Source: Ignavibacteria bacterium (GTDB taxonomy: Bacteria; Bacteroidota; Ignavibacteria; Kapaibacteriales; UBA4661). Taken from it: a stretch of 64,000 nt of DNA. Below are positions 37,432 through 48,860 of this stretch, piece by piece. The first letter of the stretch is position 1. Each line of letters opens with the position of its first letter. A model generated the notes under the pieces. The model searched no databases, was not told the origin of the DNA, and was given only the letters and a program-made list of their open reading frames with translations. The stretch covers positions 4,640 through 68,639 of the forward strand of contig JACVZY010000025.1 of the NCBI GenBank assembly GCA_014654705.1, given 5' to 3'. Made by a program: the position numbers and the translations under genes.

Positions 37432-38256
37432 TCAATCAAGCAAGGTCAAAATAATCGGTTTTTCTTTTTCTTGTACAATCACGGTATGTTCAAAATGTGC
37501 GGATGGCTTACCATCTGAGGTTCTCACAGTCCAACCATCGCTGTCAGTGAACACCTTGAGCTTACCTGCATTTACCATCGGTTCGATTGCAAGAGTTTGC
37601 CCAGCGCGAAGTCGTGTATTCGGATAACTCTCACGGTGCATAAGCGGCGGTATAAAGTTTGGGATGGATGGCTCTTCGTGAATTGTCTCACCGACACCAT
37701 GCCCCACTAATTCTCTGACGCATGAAAAGCCGTTTTTTTCGACGTGCTTTTGAATTGCTCCAGAAATAGAATAGACTTTATTACGCCCTGTGGCTTGCTC
37801 CAAACCAAGCATTAATGCTTCTTGAGTAACGCGAAGAAGCTTTTTCTTTTCATCGCTTACCTCACCAATTGCAAATGTATAAGCACTATCACCGTGATAA
37901 CCATTTTTATAGGCAAGGCAATCAAAAGAAACAATATCGCCTTCTTTGAGAATTACGTCTTTGCTTGGCAAGCCATGAACGACAGCATCGTTGACAGATA
38001 TGCACGTTGCATACTGATAAACCAAATAGCGCGGCTTACCATTTGCATTATTACTCCATGGAACTTGATAGTTCTTAATGGAAGGAACTGCGCCGCGAGA
38101 GCAGATGTAATCGTCAGCAATTTGGTCAATCTCGAAGGTTGTTATACCCGGCTTCATTGATTTACTGACAAGCATGATTGTATCGGCAACTATCCGACAG
38201 GCTTCCTCAATATAATCAAGAGCATTTTTGACTTTAACCGACGGCGCACCAACCAT
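37432..38256 (-). CDS. map: type I methionine aminopeptidase
   Basis: It is colinear with E. coli MAP, sharing YVKPG..T.E.D......YI, the metal ligands (..DGY.GD.., HG.G, ..EPM) and other motifs. Confidence 0.93.
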   Translation of the reverse strand: MVGAPSVKVKNALDYIEEACRIVADTIMLVSKSMKPGITTFEIDQIADDYICSRGAVPSIKNYQVPWSNNANGKPRYLVYQYATCISVNDAVVHGLPSKDVILKEGDIVSFDCLAYKNGYHGDSAYTFAIGEVSDEKKKLLRVTQEALMLGLEQATGRNKVYSISGAIQKHVEKNGFSCVRELVGHGVGETIHEEPSIPNFIPPLMHRESYPNTRLRAGQTLAIEPMVNAGKLKVFTDSDGWTVRTSDGKPSAHFEHTVIVQEKEKPIILTLLD

Positions 38257-38304
38257 AGCCGTATCCTGAATATTCTTAGAAAGAACTTTTTACAATTCTA
38301 TGTG

Positions 38305-39678
38305 TTAATAGCCACCCGGCGCACCAACGTTGACATTCCCAGAGGAACGACCACGGAGTTTACCGCTCTTCATAAATCCGTCATAGTGGCGCATAAGCAG
38401 GTATGATTCGATTTGCTGCAATGTATCAAGCGCTACCCCTACAATAATAAGGAGGCTTGTGCCGCCAAAGAACGAAGCGAACAGAGATGGAACCGCAAGT
38501 GCGTTCGAAACAAATACAGGAAGAATGGCAATAATAGCAAGGAAGATAGATCCTGGAAGTGTAATTCGAGTCAGGATGTTATCCATGTATTCAGCTGTGG
38601 GAGCGCCGGGGCGAACACCTGGCACAAATCCACCTTGCTTCTTCATGTTATCGGCAACGTCTTTAGGATTAAAAGCAATAGCAGTATAGAAGTATGTAAA
38701 GAATACAATCAGTACTGCATAAAAGGCAGCATAAACAAAAGAACGATCACTCCATACCCGAGCAAGGGTAGCCGCCCATTGAGCATCAGGAAAGAAACTC
38801 AATATCGTGCTTGGAATAAACATGATTGATTGTGCAAAGATAATCGGCATTACGCCAGCAGTATTAACACGAAGCGGTATATACTGAGTCGTGCCGCCAT
38901 ATACTTTACGACCGACTACTCTTTTTGCATACTGCACTGGAATACGCCGCGTTCCTTGTGTCATCAAAATGACAAGAGCAATAATCACTACGAGCAACCC
39001 AAGCAGAATCACATCTACAATCCATACACGTGAACCAGCCTGAATGAGCTTGAACTCTTGTAAGAACGCTACCGGAAGTTGTGCGATAATACCAATGAAA
39101 ATAATCAATGATATACCATTACCAATACCGCGCTCAGTAATTTGCTCTCCAAGCCACATCAGTAGAACTGTGCCGGCAGTCAAAAGAATTATTGCCGTTA
39201 TAGTAAAAAGGAATCCTGCATCCGGAACTACCGAAACGCCACCGACTCCTTGTGTGCTGGAAATTTTTATACTAACAGCCCATGCTTGAAGCGCAGCGAG
39301 AATAACTGTTGCAACACGTGCATAATTATTCAGGCGGCGGCGACCTTCTTCACCTTCTCTTTGCATACGCTGAAGCTCAGGAATAAATATGCCACCTAAC
39401 TGCAAAATGATAGTTGCAGAGATGTACGGCATAATTCCAAGGGCGAAAATAGCTGCATTTGAGAATGCACCACCAACAAAAAGGTCAAAAAGCCCAAAAA
39501 GTGTATTGGAACTAGAGGAGTTTGCACTTGCGGCTTTTAAGGCGGCCACATCTACGCCCGGAAGCGTAATAAAGGCACCAATGCGCACAACAAGCAATAC
39601 TCCGGCGGTGAAGAGAATTCTCTGCCGGAGTTCTTCAATTCTGAAGATGTTTTTGAGGGTTTCAATAATTCTATTCAT
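38305..39678 (-). CDS. secY: preprotein translocase subunit SecY
   Basis: 457 aa with 10 TM segments. It overlaps rplO by 8 bp. Confidence 0.95.
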   Translation of the reverse strand: MNRIIETLKNIFRIEELRQRILFTAGVLLVVRIGAFITLPGVDVAALKAASANSSSSNTLFGLFDLFVGGAFSNAAIFALGIMPYISATIILQLGGIFIPELQRMQREGEEGRRRLNNYARVATVILAALQAWAVSIKISSTQGVGGVSVVPDAGFLFTITAIILLTAGTVLLMWLGEQITERGIGNGISLIIFIGIIAQLPVAFLQEFKLIQAGSRVWIVDVILLGLLVVIIALVILMTQGTRRIPVQYAKRVVGRKVYGGTTQYIPLRVNTAGVMPIIFAQSIMFIPSTILSFFPDAQWAATLARVWSDRSFVYAAFYAVLIVFFTYFYTAIAFNPKDVADNMKKQGGFVPGVRPGAPTAEYMDNILTRITLPGSIFLAIIAILPVFVSNALAVPSLFASFFGGTSLLIIVGVALDTLQQIESYLLMRHYDGFMKSGKLRGRSSGNVNVGAPGGY

Positions 39679-40141
39679 GAACCGTTACCGTGCCTCCGGC
39701 TGATTCAATTTTTGATTTTGCGGATTCAGAGAACTTATGAGCTGATACTTTGAGCGACTTAGAAATTGTACCGTTGCCCAAGATTTTGAGCGGTACATTA
39801 CTTTTACTCAGCACACCAAGATCGAAGAGTGCATCAAAATCCACAGTGTTATTTACAAACACACCTTCGTTTGCTAATTCTTCTAAACGAGCAACGTTAA
39901 TGCATTGGTATTCAATGCGGAAAGGATTTTTGAAGCCATGCTTCGGCAAACGACGGTTCAGGGGCATTTGTCCGCCTTCAAAACTGCGTTTGCGTTTGAA
40001 GTTGCTGCGAGACTGGTGCCCTTTGTGACCACGTGTTGAAGTTCCGCCATGACCGGATCCGGTGCCGCGACCTATACGCTTTACGTTTTTGCGCGAACCG
40101 GGACTAAATGTCAAATTGCCAACGTGTTTCATTGATGTCAA
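39671..40141 (-). CDS. rplO: 50S ribosomal protein L15
   Basis: 156 aa with a Gly/Arg-rich N-terminus (GSRKNVKRIGRGTGSGHGGTSTRGHKG). Confidence 0.93.
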   Translation of the reverse strand: MTSMKHVGNLTFSPGSRKNVKRIGRGTGSGHGGTSTRGHKGHQSRSNFKRKRSFEGGQMPLNRRLPKHGFKNPFRIEYQCINVARLEELANEGVFVNNTVDFDALFDLGVLSKSNVPLKILGNGTISKSLKVSAHKFSESAKSKIESAGGTVTVHE

Positions 40142-40158
40142 CCTTGAAAGGATGATTA

Positions 40159-40344
40159 TTACTCTGATATTTCTTCGACTTTTACAAGATGTTGAACGAC
40201 GTTCAACATTCCGAGTGTGGTTGCGCTTTTAGGCTGCACGGTCGTCGAATGTGGACGACCAAGCCCAAGCGCTTTGATGGTGCGCTTTTGAGCTTCTTTG
40301 CAGTTAATTGTACTGCGCGTCTGGGTAATTTTCAGCTTTGCCAT
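40159..40344 (-). CDS. rpmD: 50S ribosomal protein L30
   Basis: 61 aa, MAKLKITQTRS... Confidence 0.9.
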   Translation of the reverse strand: MAKLKITQTRSTINCKEAQKRTIKALGLGRPHSTTVQPKSATTLGMLNVVQHLVKVEEISE

Positions 40345-40422
40345 AACAAAAATAAGAAGTATTGTTCGTGTATCGCTTTAGTATCGGTTATCTATGCGAA
40401 GGAAAAAGGGCGCATTTTCCAT

Positions 40423-40926
40423 TTAGCCGAACATTACCTTACGAGCATCAAGCCCGCGGCGCTCGGCGATGGTTTGTACATCCTGCAACTGCGTGAGCGC
40501 CTGAAAGGTAGCTTTTACGGTATTATGGGGATTCGATGAACCAAGACTTTTTGTTAAAACGTCTTGTACACCCGCCATCTCCAAAACTGCACGAATACCA
40601 CCTGAAGCAATAACCCCCGTACCCGGTGTAGCTGGCTTTAACAAAACCTTTCCTGCACCGAATTTGCCAAAAACTTCGTGCGGGATTGTATTTGCACTAA
40701 GCGTAATTTTGACAAGGCTCTTACGAGCAGCTTCTGTCGCTTTAGTGATAGCATCGGCAACTTCATTTGCCTTACCAAGACCATAACCGACATGACCGTT
40801 ACCATCACCAACAACAACGATAGCACTAAAGCCAAAGCGACGACCGCCTTTGACCACTTTCGCTGTTCTGGCAACGTTTACAAGTTTGTCTTTGAGTTCT
40901 AACTCAGATGTTTTCTGTCTAGCCAC
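40423..40926 (-). CDS. rpsE: 30S ribosomal protein S5
   Basis: 167 aa; the VVKGGRRF motif is present. Confidence 0.95.
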   Translation of the reverse strand: MARQKTSELELKDKLVNVARTAKVVKGGRRFGFSAIVVVGDGNGHVGYGLGKANEVADAITKATEAARKSLVKITLSANTIPHEVFGKFGAGKVLLKPATPGTGVIASGGIRAVLEMAGVQDVLTKSLGSSNPHNTVKATFQALTQLQDVQTIAERRGLDARKVMFG

Positions 40927-41064
40927 AGCAACACTCAGTAAATTTGTGATAGTTTTTGTTTACGATATTTTATCAACAATACGACTACATTGTAGCTGTA
41001 CCATTTAGCATTTTGTTAGTATTTTGCCAAGAAAAGATGCAATATCTTTTTTAGCATAGACCTT

Positions 41065-41433
41065 TTAGAAATTCAAGCCTGCTTCACGGGCGGCATCCGC
41101 AAATGCCTTTACTCTTCCGTGATAAATATAACCATTACGGTCAAATACAACGCTTTTGATTCCTGCTGCTGCTGCTCGCTGAGCAAGCAACTCACCGACC
41201 ATTTTACTCACATCAGACTTACTGGTAGCAGAAGCAACCTTGTCTTTGAGTTCTTTGTCAGCACTAGAAGCGGCTGCAACGGTATGCATTTTAGCATCGT
41301 CAATCACTTGAGCATAAAAGTGGCTCAAACTGCGATAGACGCTTAGACGCGGACGCTCTGTTGTGCCTTGCACTTTACGGCGGACACTTTTTTTGCGACG
41401 CGCACGACGCTCAAGTTTATTCGTGGTAATCAT
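41065..41433 (-). CDS. rplR: 50S ribosomal protein L18
   Basis: 122 aa; the ..VFDRNGYIYHGRVKA.AD.AREAGL.F motif is present. Confidence 0.94.
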   Translation of the reverse strand: MITTNKLERRARRKKSVRRKVQGTTERPRLSVYRSLSHFYAQVIDDAKMHTVAAASSADKELKDKVASATSKSDVSKMVGELLAQRAAAAGIKSVVFDRNGYIYHGRVKAFADAAREAGLNF

Positions 41434-41529
41434 ATTCTCAGACTAAACAAATGGAATGGTCGAATCGTTGAAAGTACGCCATTGAAAAAAACAGATATTT
41501 TACAAACACTGGCGCAACGTGGACAGAGG

Positions 41530-42075
41530 TTACTTACCCTTACCGCCAGATTTACCGGCTTTGCGGACAATATGCTCACCCTGATACCGAACGCCTTTAC
41601 CTTTGTAAGGCTCTGGCGGACGTAAATCTCGAAGCTTTGCCGCAACTTCGCCGACCAACTGCTTATCAATACCAGTAACGCTGAACTGAGTTGCAGTTGT
41701 CGCTGCAAAAACAATACCCGGAGGCGGGATAAACAAAATTGGATGGGAATAACCAAGCGAAAGAAAGAGATTTTTGCCGCGCAACTCAACTTTGTAACCC
41801 ACACCCTCAACATCAAGAGTCTTGGTAAAGCCCTTGGTTACACCCTCAATCATCGAAGCAACCATTGCGCGGGTAAGTCCATGCAATGCACGACAATGCT
41901 TCTCATCGGAAGCGCGAGCAAAGGACATAGTACCATCTTTCATCTCTTGCGAGATACCAACGGGCAAAGCAAATTGCAATTCGCCTTTGGGTCCCTTTAC
42001 TTTAATTTGCGTACCATCCACAGCAACTTGTGCTTCTTTAGGAATAGTAATGAGTTTTTTACCGATACGAGACAC
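41530..42075 (-). CDS. rplF: 50S ribosomal protein L6
   Basis: 181 aa, MSRIGKKLITIP... Confidence 0.94.
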   Translation of the reverse strand: MSRIGKKLITIPKEAQVAVDGTQIKVKGPKGELQFALPVGISQEMKDGTMSFARASDEKHCRALHGLTRAMVASMIEGVTKGFTKTLDVEGVGYKVELRGKNLFLSLGYSHPILFIPPPGIVFAATTATQFSVTGIDKQLVGEVAAKLRDLRPPEPYKGKGVRYQGEHIVRKAGKSGGKGK

Positions 42076-42160
42076 GGCAAGTTCTCCTTAAAAATCTTTG
42101 AGTTCTAGTAAAATCGCAGAACAGTGATTGAGTGTAAAAAAACAATCAGTGTAGAACGGT

Positions 42161-42556
42161 TTAGTAAATCGTGCAGAGGACTTCACCACCAACGTTCAGC
42201 TTGCGAGCTTCTTTGTCAGTAATAATACCTTTTGGTGTTGACAGAATCGCTATTCCAAGACCACTGCGTACACGCGGTGCCTCCGCAGACGGCGTATAGC
42301 GACGCAGACCCGGACGACTGATGCGCGTTATTTTATCGAAAGGCGCACGACCATTGAAATATCGAAGCGATACGCGCAAAATATTTTGCTTGTTATCTTC
42401 GATGACCTGATACTCGCCAATGTAACCCTGCTCTTTAAGAATTTTTGCAATAGCAATTTTCATTTTAGAGGAAGGAACATCAAGGCGCTTATGACGCGCT
42501 TTCGAGGCATTACGCACACGGGTCAGAAAATCGGATATTGGGTCTGTAACCTGCAT
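42161..42556 (-). CDS. rpsH: 30S ribosomal protein S8
   Basis: 131 aa, with the MQVTDPISDFLTRVRNA motif. Confidence 0.95.
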   Translation of the reverse strand: MQVTDPISDFLTRVRNASKARHKRLDVPSSKMKIAIAKILKEQGYIGEYQVIEDNKQNILRVSLRYFNGRAPFDKITRISRPGLRRYTPSAEAPRVRSGLGIAILSTPKGIITDKEARKLNVGGEVLCTIY

Positions 42557-42631
42557 TGTACTTAGACAATTGATGATACTATTTTTATTGATTAGTCATT
42601 GTTTTATCAAACAAACTCTCTGTCGAAGAGT

Positions 42632-42901
42632 TTACCAGCTTGATTTGCGTATGCCTGGAATCTTACCATCAAGGGCAAGTTCGCGAAATTTATTTCGCCC
42701 CAGACCAAATTTGCGATAGACACCTCTGCCACGCCCCGTCAGACTGCAGCGACTGCGCAAACGAGTAGGAGAACTGTTGCGTGGAAGCTTTTGAAGAGCA
42801 TCCCAGTCGCCTGCTTCTTTCAAGATTGCGCGTTTTTCAGAGTATTTATCAACGAGTTTTTGTCGTTTTTGGTTTCGTGCTACGATTGCTGTTGTTGACA
42901 T
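42632..42901 (-). CDS. rpsN: 30S ribosomal protein S14 (long type)
   Basis: 89 aa, ending in ..[11 protein letters not shown]. Confidence 0.92.
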   Translation of the reverse strand: MSTTAIVARNQKRQKLVDKYSEKRAILKEAGDWDALQKLPRNSSPTRLRSRCSLTGRGRGVYRKFGLGRNKFRELALDGKIPGIRKSSW

Positions 42902-42938
42902 GGCGGTACAGGAAGATAAAAAAATTCTTCGTTAGTGT

Positions 42939-43586
42939 TTACGCTACAGGCTCTTGCTGCTTGCGGAATGGGAAGCCAAATTCTTTAAGAAGCGCATACG
43001 CCTCTTCATCTGTTTGCGCCGTGGTTACGAATGTAATATCCATACCACGAATTTTGGACACTTTATCAACATCAATTTCAGGAAAAATAATCTGCTCTTT
43101 GATACCCATTGAGTAGTTTCCACGTCCATCAAATGATTTATCCGAAAGACCACGGAAATCTCTAATACGGGGAGCTACGATATTAATAAAGCGGTCAAGA
43201 AACTCATACATATGAGCGCGACGGAGCGTAACTCGACAACCAATCGGCTGATTAACACGCAATTTGAAGTTAGAGATAGCTTCTTTTGCCAATGTAACAG
43301 CAGGGCGCTGACCGGTTATTAATTCCATTTCCGTAATCGCAGATTGCATGATCTTTTGGTCTTGAGTGGCAGCACCAACCCCCATGTTAATCACGATTTT
43401 ATGCAATTTCGGTACTTGCATCACGGAACTATAATTGAACTTCTTCATTAGTGCCGGAGCAACGTTTTCTTTATAGACAGATGCCAGACGCGCATTAGGC
43501 GCCTTAGGAGCATTCTCTGGTAATCTTCCACCCTCAAGGGTGAATTCTGTCTTTTTTGTTTTGACTGGTGTTTGCTGCTTTGCCAT
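42939..43586 (-). CDS. rplE: 50S ribosomal protein L5 with a ~33-aa N-terminal extension
   Basis: The conserved L5 core begins at ..[29 protein letters not shown]. No alternative in-frame ATG exists near the core, so the extension is probably real. Confidence 0.9.
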   Translation of the reverse strand: MAKQQTPVKTKKTEFTLEGGRLPENAPKAPNARLASVYKENVAPALMKKFNYSSVMQVPKLHKIVINMGVGAATQDQKIMQSAITEMELITGQRPAVTLAKEAISNFKLRVNQPIGCRVTLRRAHMYEFLDRFINIVAPRIRDFRGLSDKSFDGRGNYSMGIKEQIIFPEIDVDKVSKIRGMDITFVTTAQTDEEAYALLKEFGFPFRKQQEPVA

Positions 43587-43675
43587 TGCTATTATTATTC
43601 AAGAAGTAGATAGTTTCTGACTGAAGAGATACGGTAGAAACAAGAACGATGCGAGAAGCATCAAATCCTTAGTAC

Positions 43676-43996
43676 TTAGACCTCTTCGCCAGTGGTTCTA
43701 GCGATACGAACTTTCTTTGTTTCACCATTTTGCTCAACTGTTTTTACGCCAAGCCGTGTGGTCTTACCAGCACCATCAAGGAGCATTACATTTGAATAAT
43801 GGATTGGCATTTCGCGCTCAATAATTTGTCCTTGCTGAGCATTGGGCGTAGGTCGCATATGACGCTTCCGTACATTGATACCTTCGACAACAACGCGCAT
43901 TTTTTCGGGAAGAAGCTCAAGAACTCGACCTTCTTTGCCTTTATCATTACCGGCGAGAATGCGGACGGTATCGCCTTTTTTAATTTTGAGTTTCAT
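43676..43996 (-). CDS. rplX: 50S ribosomal protein L24
   Basis: Starting at the internal ATG gives MKLKIKKGDTVRILAGNDKGKEG... Confidence 0.92.
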   Translation of the reverse strand: MKLKIKKGDTVRILAGNDKGKEGRVLELLPEKMRVVVEGINVRKRHMRPTPNAQQGQIIEREMPIHYSNVMLLDGAGKTTRLGVKTVEQNGETKKVRIARTTGEEV

Positions 43997-44069
43997 AGCA
44001 GTATGAAAGAAAAATATCTTCGTCAAATTCTTTGTAGTGTAACTCTACATCACATTTATAGTGAAGTAT

Positions 44070-44438
44070 TTAGAGTACTTCAGGCGCAAGCGATACAATT
44101 TTCATAAAACTCTTATCCCGCAGCTCACGCGCAACCGGTCCAAAAATACGAGTACCACGTGGCTCGCCTTGAGTATTCAGAAGTACAGCAGCGTTTTCGT
44201 CGAAGCGAATATACGAACCGTCTTTACGACGGATTTCTTTTTTGGTACGAACGATGACAGCACGCGATTTATCACCTTTTTTTACACCTGCGTTTGGAAT
44301 TGCATCTTTGACAGATACAACAATAATATCTCCAATGCCCGCATAACGCTTTTCATGTCCGCCTAAAACGCGGATACAGCGTACTCTTCTTGCGCCGGAA
44401 TTATCGGCAACTACGAGGTTTGTTTCTTCTTGAATCAT
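44070..44438 (-). CDS. rplN: 50S ribosomal protein L14
   Basis: 122 aa, [17 protein letters not shown]... Confidence 0.96.
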   Translation of the reverse strand: MIQEETNLVVADNSGARRVRCIRVLGGHEKRYAGIGDIIVVSVKDAIPNAGVKKGDKSRAVIVRTKKEIRRKDGSYIRFDENAAVLLNTQGEPRGTRIFGPVARELRDKSFMKIVSLAPEVL

Positions 44439-44488
44439 CGCTAGAATTCGCTCACTTTCTTAGTGAAAAGTTGTCTCGGTAAAAATAA

Positions 44489-44779
44489 TTACTTCGCACG
44501 CTCAAGTACTTCCACCAGTCTCCAGCGCTTATGAGCACTGAGCGGACGGGTTTCCATAATCCGAACTGTATCACCTTCATTGCAGGTATTTTCAGCATCG
44601 TGAGTCATGAACTTGGTCGTCTTTTTGAAGTACTTCTTGTAGAGCGGGTGCGCTACTTGACGTTCAACCGCGACAATGATTGTTTTGTCCATTTTTTTGG
44701 CGCTGACAACCTTACCGATTTTTACTTTGCGTCTTCCGCGCTGAGGCTGTGTTTGTATCGTTTCCATAGTGGAATCCAT
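44489..44779 (-). CDS. rpsQ: 30S ribosomal protein S17
   Basis: 96 aa, ..[14 protein letters not shown].. Confidence 0.93.
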   Translation of the reverse strand: MDSTMETIQTQPQRGRRKVKIGKVVSAKKMDKTIIVAVERQVAHPLYKKYFKKTTKFMTHDAENTCNEGDTVRIMETRPLSAHKRWRLVEVLERAK

Positions 44780-44791
44780 TTGTCTTAATCG

Positions 44792-44995
44792 TTATTTTGA
44801 ACGTTGGCGCTCACCAATAATGGTGTTAATGCGAGCAATATCTCTACGAAGTGTTGCCAAATATGCTGTGTTTTCGAGTTCGCCAAGAGTCTTTTTGAAC
44901 CGAAGGTTTGTCAAAGTTTCTTGAGAATCTTTAAGATTCATTGCTAAGTCTGCGTCATTTAATTTGCGCAAGTCTTCGGGTTTACGAGCTTTCAT
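44792..44995 (-). CDS. rpmC: 50S ribosomal protein L29
   Basis: 67 aa. Confidence 0.9.
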   Translation of the reverse strand: MKARKPEDLRKLNDADLAMNLKDSQETLTNLRFKKTLGELENTAYLATLRRDIARINTIIGERQRSK

Positions 44996-45009
44996 TATTC
45001 TTTGCTCCT

Positions 45010-45435
45010 TTAGTGATGCTCTTGCGCATCAACGCGTGTTACAAATTTCGTTTTTATCGGCAATTTGTGCGACGCAAGGCGCATTGCCTCCATTGCTTTT
45101 TCCTTCGGCACGCCGTCAAGCTCGAAGAGAATCCGACCGGGCTTGATAACAGCAACGTAGTATTCAGTACTACCCTTACCGGAACCCATTCGCACTTCGG
45201 CTGGCTTTTTGGTATATGGCTTGTCAGGGAAAATTCTAATCCAAACCTTACCATCTCGACGGAGGTAACGGTTAATCGCAATACGCGCCGATTCAATTTG
45301 ACGATTAGTAATCCAAGCCGGTTCAAGTGCTTTCAAACCAAAAGTACCGAAAGCTACTTGCGAACCACGAAATGCTTTACCTTTCATCCTACCGCGCTGT
45401 GTTTTGCGATACTTAACTCTTTTTGGTAGCAGCAT
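45010..45435 (-). CDS. rplP: 50S ribosomal protein L16
   Basis: 141 aa, [18 protein letters not shown].. Confidence 0.96.
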   Translation of the reverse strand: MLLPKRVKYRKTQRGRMKGKAFRGSQVAFGTFGLKALEPAWITNRQIESARIAINRYLRRDGKVWIRIFPDKPYTKKPAEVRMGSGKGSTEYYVAVIKPGRILFELDGVPKEKAMEAMRLASHKLPIKTKFVTRVDAQEHH

Positions 45436-45516
45436 GATATTTCCTTAATTGCTTTTGATGCGTTATTGCTGATTTCAAACGCTTACTTTGTCAACGGATA
45501 CCCGATTGACAAGAAT

Positions 45517-46206
45517 TTAACGTGATGATTTGGGATTTCCGCTTGGCGTAGCAGGCTTTTCTTGATACATTGAAGCACTACCGCCTAATACTTCGCCCAG
45601 ACAAATCCACACCTTGATACCAATAGCGCCATAAATAGTTTGCGCGGTACCAGTTGCGTAGTCAATGTTTGCTCGAAGTGTATGTAAAGGAACACGTCCT
45701 TCGCGATACTTCTCCATCCGAGACATATCTGCACCGCCCAAGCGGCCATTGCACACGATGCGCACACCTTCTGCACCCATGCGCATCGCAGCACTTACGC
45801 CCTGCTTCATCGCACGTCGATAGGATATACGGCCTTCAAGCTGTTGAGCAATTGTATCTGCAACAAGCTGGGCATCAATTTCAGGACGCTTGATTTCACT
45901 AATCAGGATTTTTACTTCTTTGGAAGTAATTTTTTTAAGCTCTTCTTCAAGCTGAGCAATTTCTTTACCGGAACGCCCAATCACAACGCCAGGACGCGAG
46001 GTCTTAATTGTAAGACGAATTTGCTTTGGCGTGCGCTCAACAATAATGCGCGAAATACCAGCTTTTTTTAAGCGCTCATGAAGATACTTGCGTACCATCA
46101 TATCCTCGGATAGTTTACTGGCGAAGTTTTTTTCATCAAACCAGTTTGCATCCCAAGCGCGGATGATTCCAAGACGGAAACCAATGGGGTTAGTTTTCTG
46201 ACCCAA
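45517..46206 (-). CDS. rpsC: 30S ribosomal protein S3
   Basis: 229 aa, MGQKTNPIGFRLG.. with a KH domain. Confidence 0.96.
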   Translation of the reverse strand: MGQKTNPIGFRLGIIRAWDANWFDEKNFASKLSEDMMVRKYLHERLKKAGISRIIVERTPKQIRLTIKTSRPGVVIGRSGKEIAQLEEELKKITSKEVKILISEIKRPEIDAQLVADTIAQQLEGRISYRRAMKQGVSAAMRMGAEGVRIVCNGRLGGADMSRMEKYREGRVPLHTLRANIDYATGTAQTIYGAIGIKVWICLGEVLGGSASMYQEKPATPSGNPKSSR

Positions 46207-46243
46207 GGCTAATCTCCTAATCGAAATTGTACGTTGTGAATAA

Positions 46244-46597
46244 TTAGCTTACGGATTGAACGACGATTGTCAGGTGGTTCATACGCTTACGAATACGGTA
46301 AGCGCGACCCATCGGAGCAGGACTGATGCGTCGCAGCATCGGACCGCCGTCCACAAACGCGCCTGTTACTGTCGCGCCTTCCATATCGAAACGAGCATTT
46401 TGATGCTTGTCTTCAAGATTTGCATAAGCGGAACGCAGGACAAACTCCGCATCGCGTGCCGCGTGTTTTGGGTTGAATTTTAGCAGCGACATTGCTTCAG
46501 CGACACTTTTGCCACGAATCATGTCAATAACAAGACGCATTTTGCGGGGCGAACCTGGCAAAAAACGCTTGGTTGCTTTTGCTTCAAACTTTTGCAT
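46244..46597 (-). CDS. rplV: 50S ribosomal protein L22
   Basis: 117 aa. Confidence 0.93.
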   Translation of the reverse strand: MQKFEAKATKRFLPGSPRKMRLVIDMIRGKSVAEAMSLLKFNPKHAARDAEFVLRSAYANLEDKHQNARFDMEGATVTGAFVDGGPMLRRISPAPMGRAYRIRKRMNHLTIVVQSVS

Positions 46598-46617
46598 TGG
46601 TGTAACCTTTGGAAAAA

Positions 46618-46899
46618 TTATTTGCCTTTAAGATCTTTTCTGTTGCCTGCGTGACCCTTGTAGGTACGTGTTGGTGCGAACTCGCCCAGTTTATGACCAA
46701 CCATATTTTCTGTCACATAGACCGGAATAAATTTATTCCCGTTATGCACAGCAAATGTATGACCGACAAATTCCGGCGCGATAGTCGAAGCGCGTGACCA
46801 CGTTTTGACAACAACTTTTTTGTTGGACGCATTAAGGGCAGTAATTTTCTTTGCCAATTTAATGCTGATAAAGGGTCCTTTTTTAAGCGAACGTGCCAT
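46618..46899 (-). CDS. rpsS: 30S ribosomal protein S19
   Basis: 93 aa, [10 protein letters not shown].. Confidence 0.96.
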   Translation of the reverse strand: MARSLKKGPFISIKLAKKITALNASNKKVVVKTWSRASTIAPEFVGHTFAVHNGNKFIPVYVTENMVGHKLGEFAPTRTYKGHAGNRKDLKGK

Positions 46900-46933
46900 T
46901 GTACTTTAATTCTAAAGTGTTACGTGGTTGGAA

Positions 46934-47770
46934 TTACTTCACTCTACGGCGAACGATGTATTTGTTGGAGAGCTTGCGCTTCTTTCGGGTCTTCAAACCT
47001 TTGGCAAGCTGACCCCATGGTGAGCGTGGATGTTGACGACCACCGCCTGATTTGGAACGCCCCTCGCCACCACCCATTGGGTGATCAACTGGGTTCATAG
47101 CCATACCACGCGATTGTGGGCGTACACCGAACCATATCATTCTACCTGCTTTACCGTAGGAGATATTTTCGTGATCAGAATTACCTATCGTACCAAGTGT
47201 TGCCAAGCATGTTACGGGAACCAACCGAACTTCACTAGAAGGTAGTTTGATTTGTGCATTTTTTTCATCCCGCGCAACCAAGACAGCTGAGTTTCCAGCG
47301 CTACGTGCTATTTGACCACCCTTACCCGGCTTCATTTCAACATTATGGATAAAAGAGCCGACGGGAATTTTCGAGAGAGGTAATGCATTTCCATCACGAA
47401 TCTCTGCATTCGGACCAGATTGCAAGACATCACCTACTTTTACAGAATTCGGCGCAAGAATATACCGAAGCTCGCCGTCATCATATTTTAGAAGAGCTAT
47501 CCTTGCAGTACGATTTGGATCGTATTCGATAGCCTCAACACGAGCGTTGACACCATGCTTATTACGCTTAAAATCAATAATACGATAACGTCGCTTATGT
47601 CCACCACCACGGTGGCGCGAAGTAATACGACCCGTATTATTACGCCCGCCTGATTTTTTCAGAGGCGCAAGAAGGCTTCTTTCAGGCTTTGATTTAGTAA
47701 TCTCCTCAAACGTGCTCACAGAATAGAAGCGCGTTCCAGGTGTAATCGGTTTAAGTTTGCGAAGGGCCAT
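46934..47770 (-). CDS. rplB: 50S ribosomal protein L2
   Basis: 278 aa, with the ..[13 protein letters not shown].. motif. Confidence 0.97.
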   Translation of the reverse strand: MALRKLKPITPGTRFYSVSTFEEITKSKPERSLLAPLKKSGGRNNTGRITSRHRGGGHKRRYRIIDFKRNKHGVNARVEAIEYDPNRTARIALLKYDDGELRYILAPNSVKVGDVLQSGPNAEIRDGNALPLSKIPVGSFIHNVEMKPGKGGQIARSAGNSAVLVARDEKNAQIKLPSSEVRLVPVTCLATLGTIGNSDHENISYGKAGRMIWFGVRPQSRGMAMNPVDHPMGGGEGRSKSGGGRQHPRSPWGQLAKGLKTRKKRKLSNKYIVRRRVK

Positions 47771-47853
47771 AATTCTAAGTTCAGTAAATCGAATCTTGAT
47801 AGAAACAAAATTCGGATATAAAAGCGAAGATTCTAGACAAAAACAACAGCAAT

Positions 47854-48147
47854 TTACTCGTTAGCGCCAGTTCCGATGTCAATAACTTGACCAGTTTTAA
47901 GAGTAACATACGCTTTTTTACGAGCGGCTGTTTTTCCCGCAAACCGACCACGCTTTGTAAATTGTACAGTCCGCTTGGGGCGTACACGAATGGTACGAAT
48001 GCTAATGACATCTACTGTAAATTGTGCTTCGATTGCCTTACGAATCTCAATTTTGTTTGCTTTTAAGTCAACCTCAAAAGCATATTGTCGAGAAGTGTTC
48101 AGCTTCGTAGCTTTTTCGGTAATAATTGGTCGTTTTAGAACTTGCAT
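47854..48147 (-). CDS. rplW: 50S ribosomal protein L23
   Basis: 97 aa. Confidence 0.92.
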   Translation of the reverse strand: MQVLKRPIITEKATKLNTSRQYAFEVDLKANKIEIRKAIEAQFTVDVISIRTIRVRPKRTVQFTKRGRFAGKTAARKKAYVTLKTGQVIDIGTGANE

Positions 48148-48170
48148 CGTAGTTTCCTCGTAATTGACCT

Positions 48171-48797
48171 TTACTCTGCAAAGGTTTTAATAAGGACATC
48201 CACCGCGCTTTTATGAACAAGGATTTTCTTGTTGCTCAGGATGTCATATGTTGAGATTTTGTCAGCAACTTGTGTCGTAAGGCGCTCAATATTGCGCGAT
48301 GACAAGTATACGTTGTCGTCGTTAGCAGGAAGCAGATGCAATACCTTTTGACCCGTCAGACTTAGCGCAGAGAGTACATCAACCATCTGCTTCGTCTTGA
48401 TCGAACCAAAATTTAAGTCTTCTATTACAACAAAGTTATTTTCGCGAACGCGCAATGTAAGTGCGGACTTTCTAGCAAGACGTACAACTTTTTTCGGCAA
48501 TTTGACCGAATACTTGTGAGGACGTGGACCAAAGACAGTACCTCCACCAACCCAAAGTGGAGAGCGCGTTGAGCCGGACCGGGCAGTCCCGCGACCTTTT
48601 TGTCGCCAAGGCTTTTTGCCACCACCAGAAACTTCGGCTTTCTCTTTTGTTTTGTGGGTACCCTGTCTCTGATGTGCTAAATATTGGCGCACCGCAAGGT
48701 ACATCGCATGTTCATGTGGCTCAATGTTAAAAATCGAATCCGGTAAATCTACTTGACCGGCGACTTTACCATCTTTTGAAAAGATGTCAGCTTTCAT
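48171..48797 (-). CDS. rplD: 50S ribosomal protein L4
   Basis: 208 aa. Confidence 0.94.
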   Translation of the reverse strand: MKADIFSKDGKVAGQVDLPDSIFNIEPHEHAMYLAVRQYLAHQRQGTHKTKEKAEVSGGGKKPWRQKGRGTARSGSTRSPLWVGGGTVFGPRPHKYSVKLPKKVVRLARKSALTLRVRENNFVVIEDLNFGSIKTKQMVDVLSALSLTGQKVLHLLPANDDNVYLSSRNIERLTTQVADKISTYDILSNKKILVHKSAVDVLIKTFAE

Positions 48798-48860
48798 AGT
48801 GAATTTCCTTCAAGAGAGTCTTTTACAACTCACTTCGAGAGTTAATCTATCGTAATCGTG

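Noticed and set aside
40927-41064. 138-bp rpsE-rplR spacer with a weak aagat...atctt hairpin.
   Set aside because: The stem is too short (5 bp) and A/T-rich to be significant on its own.
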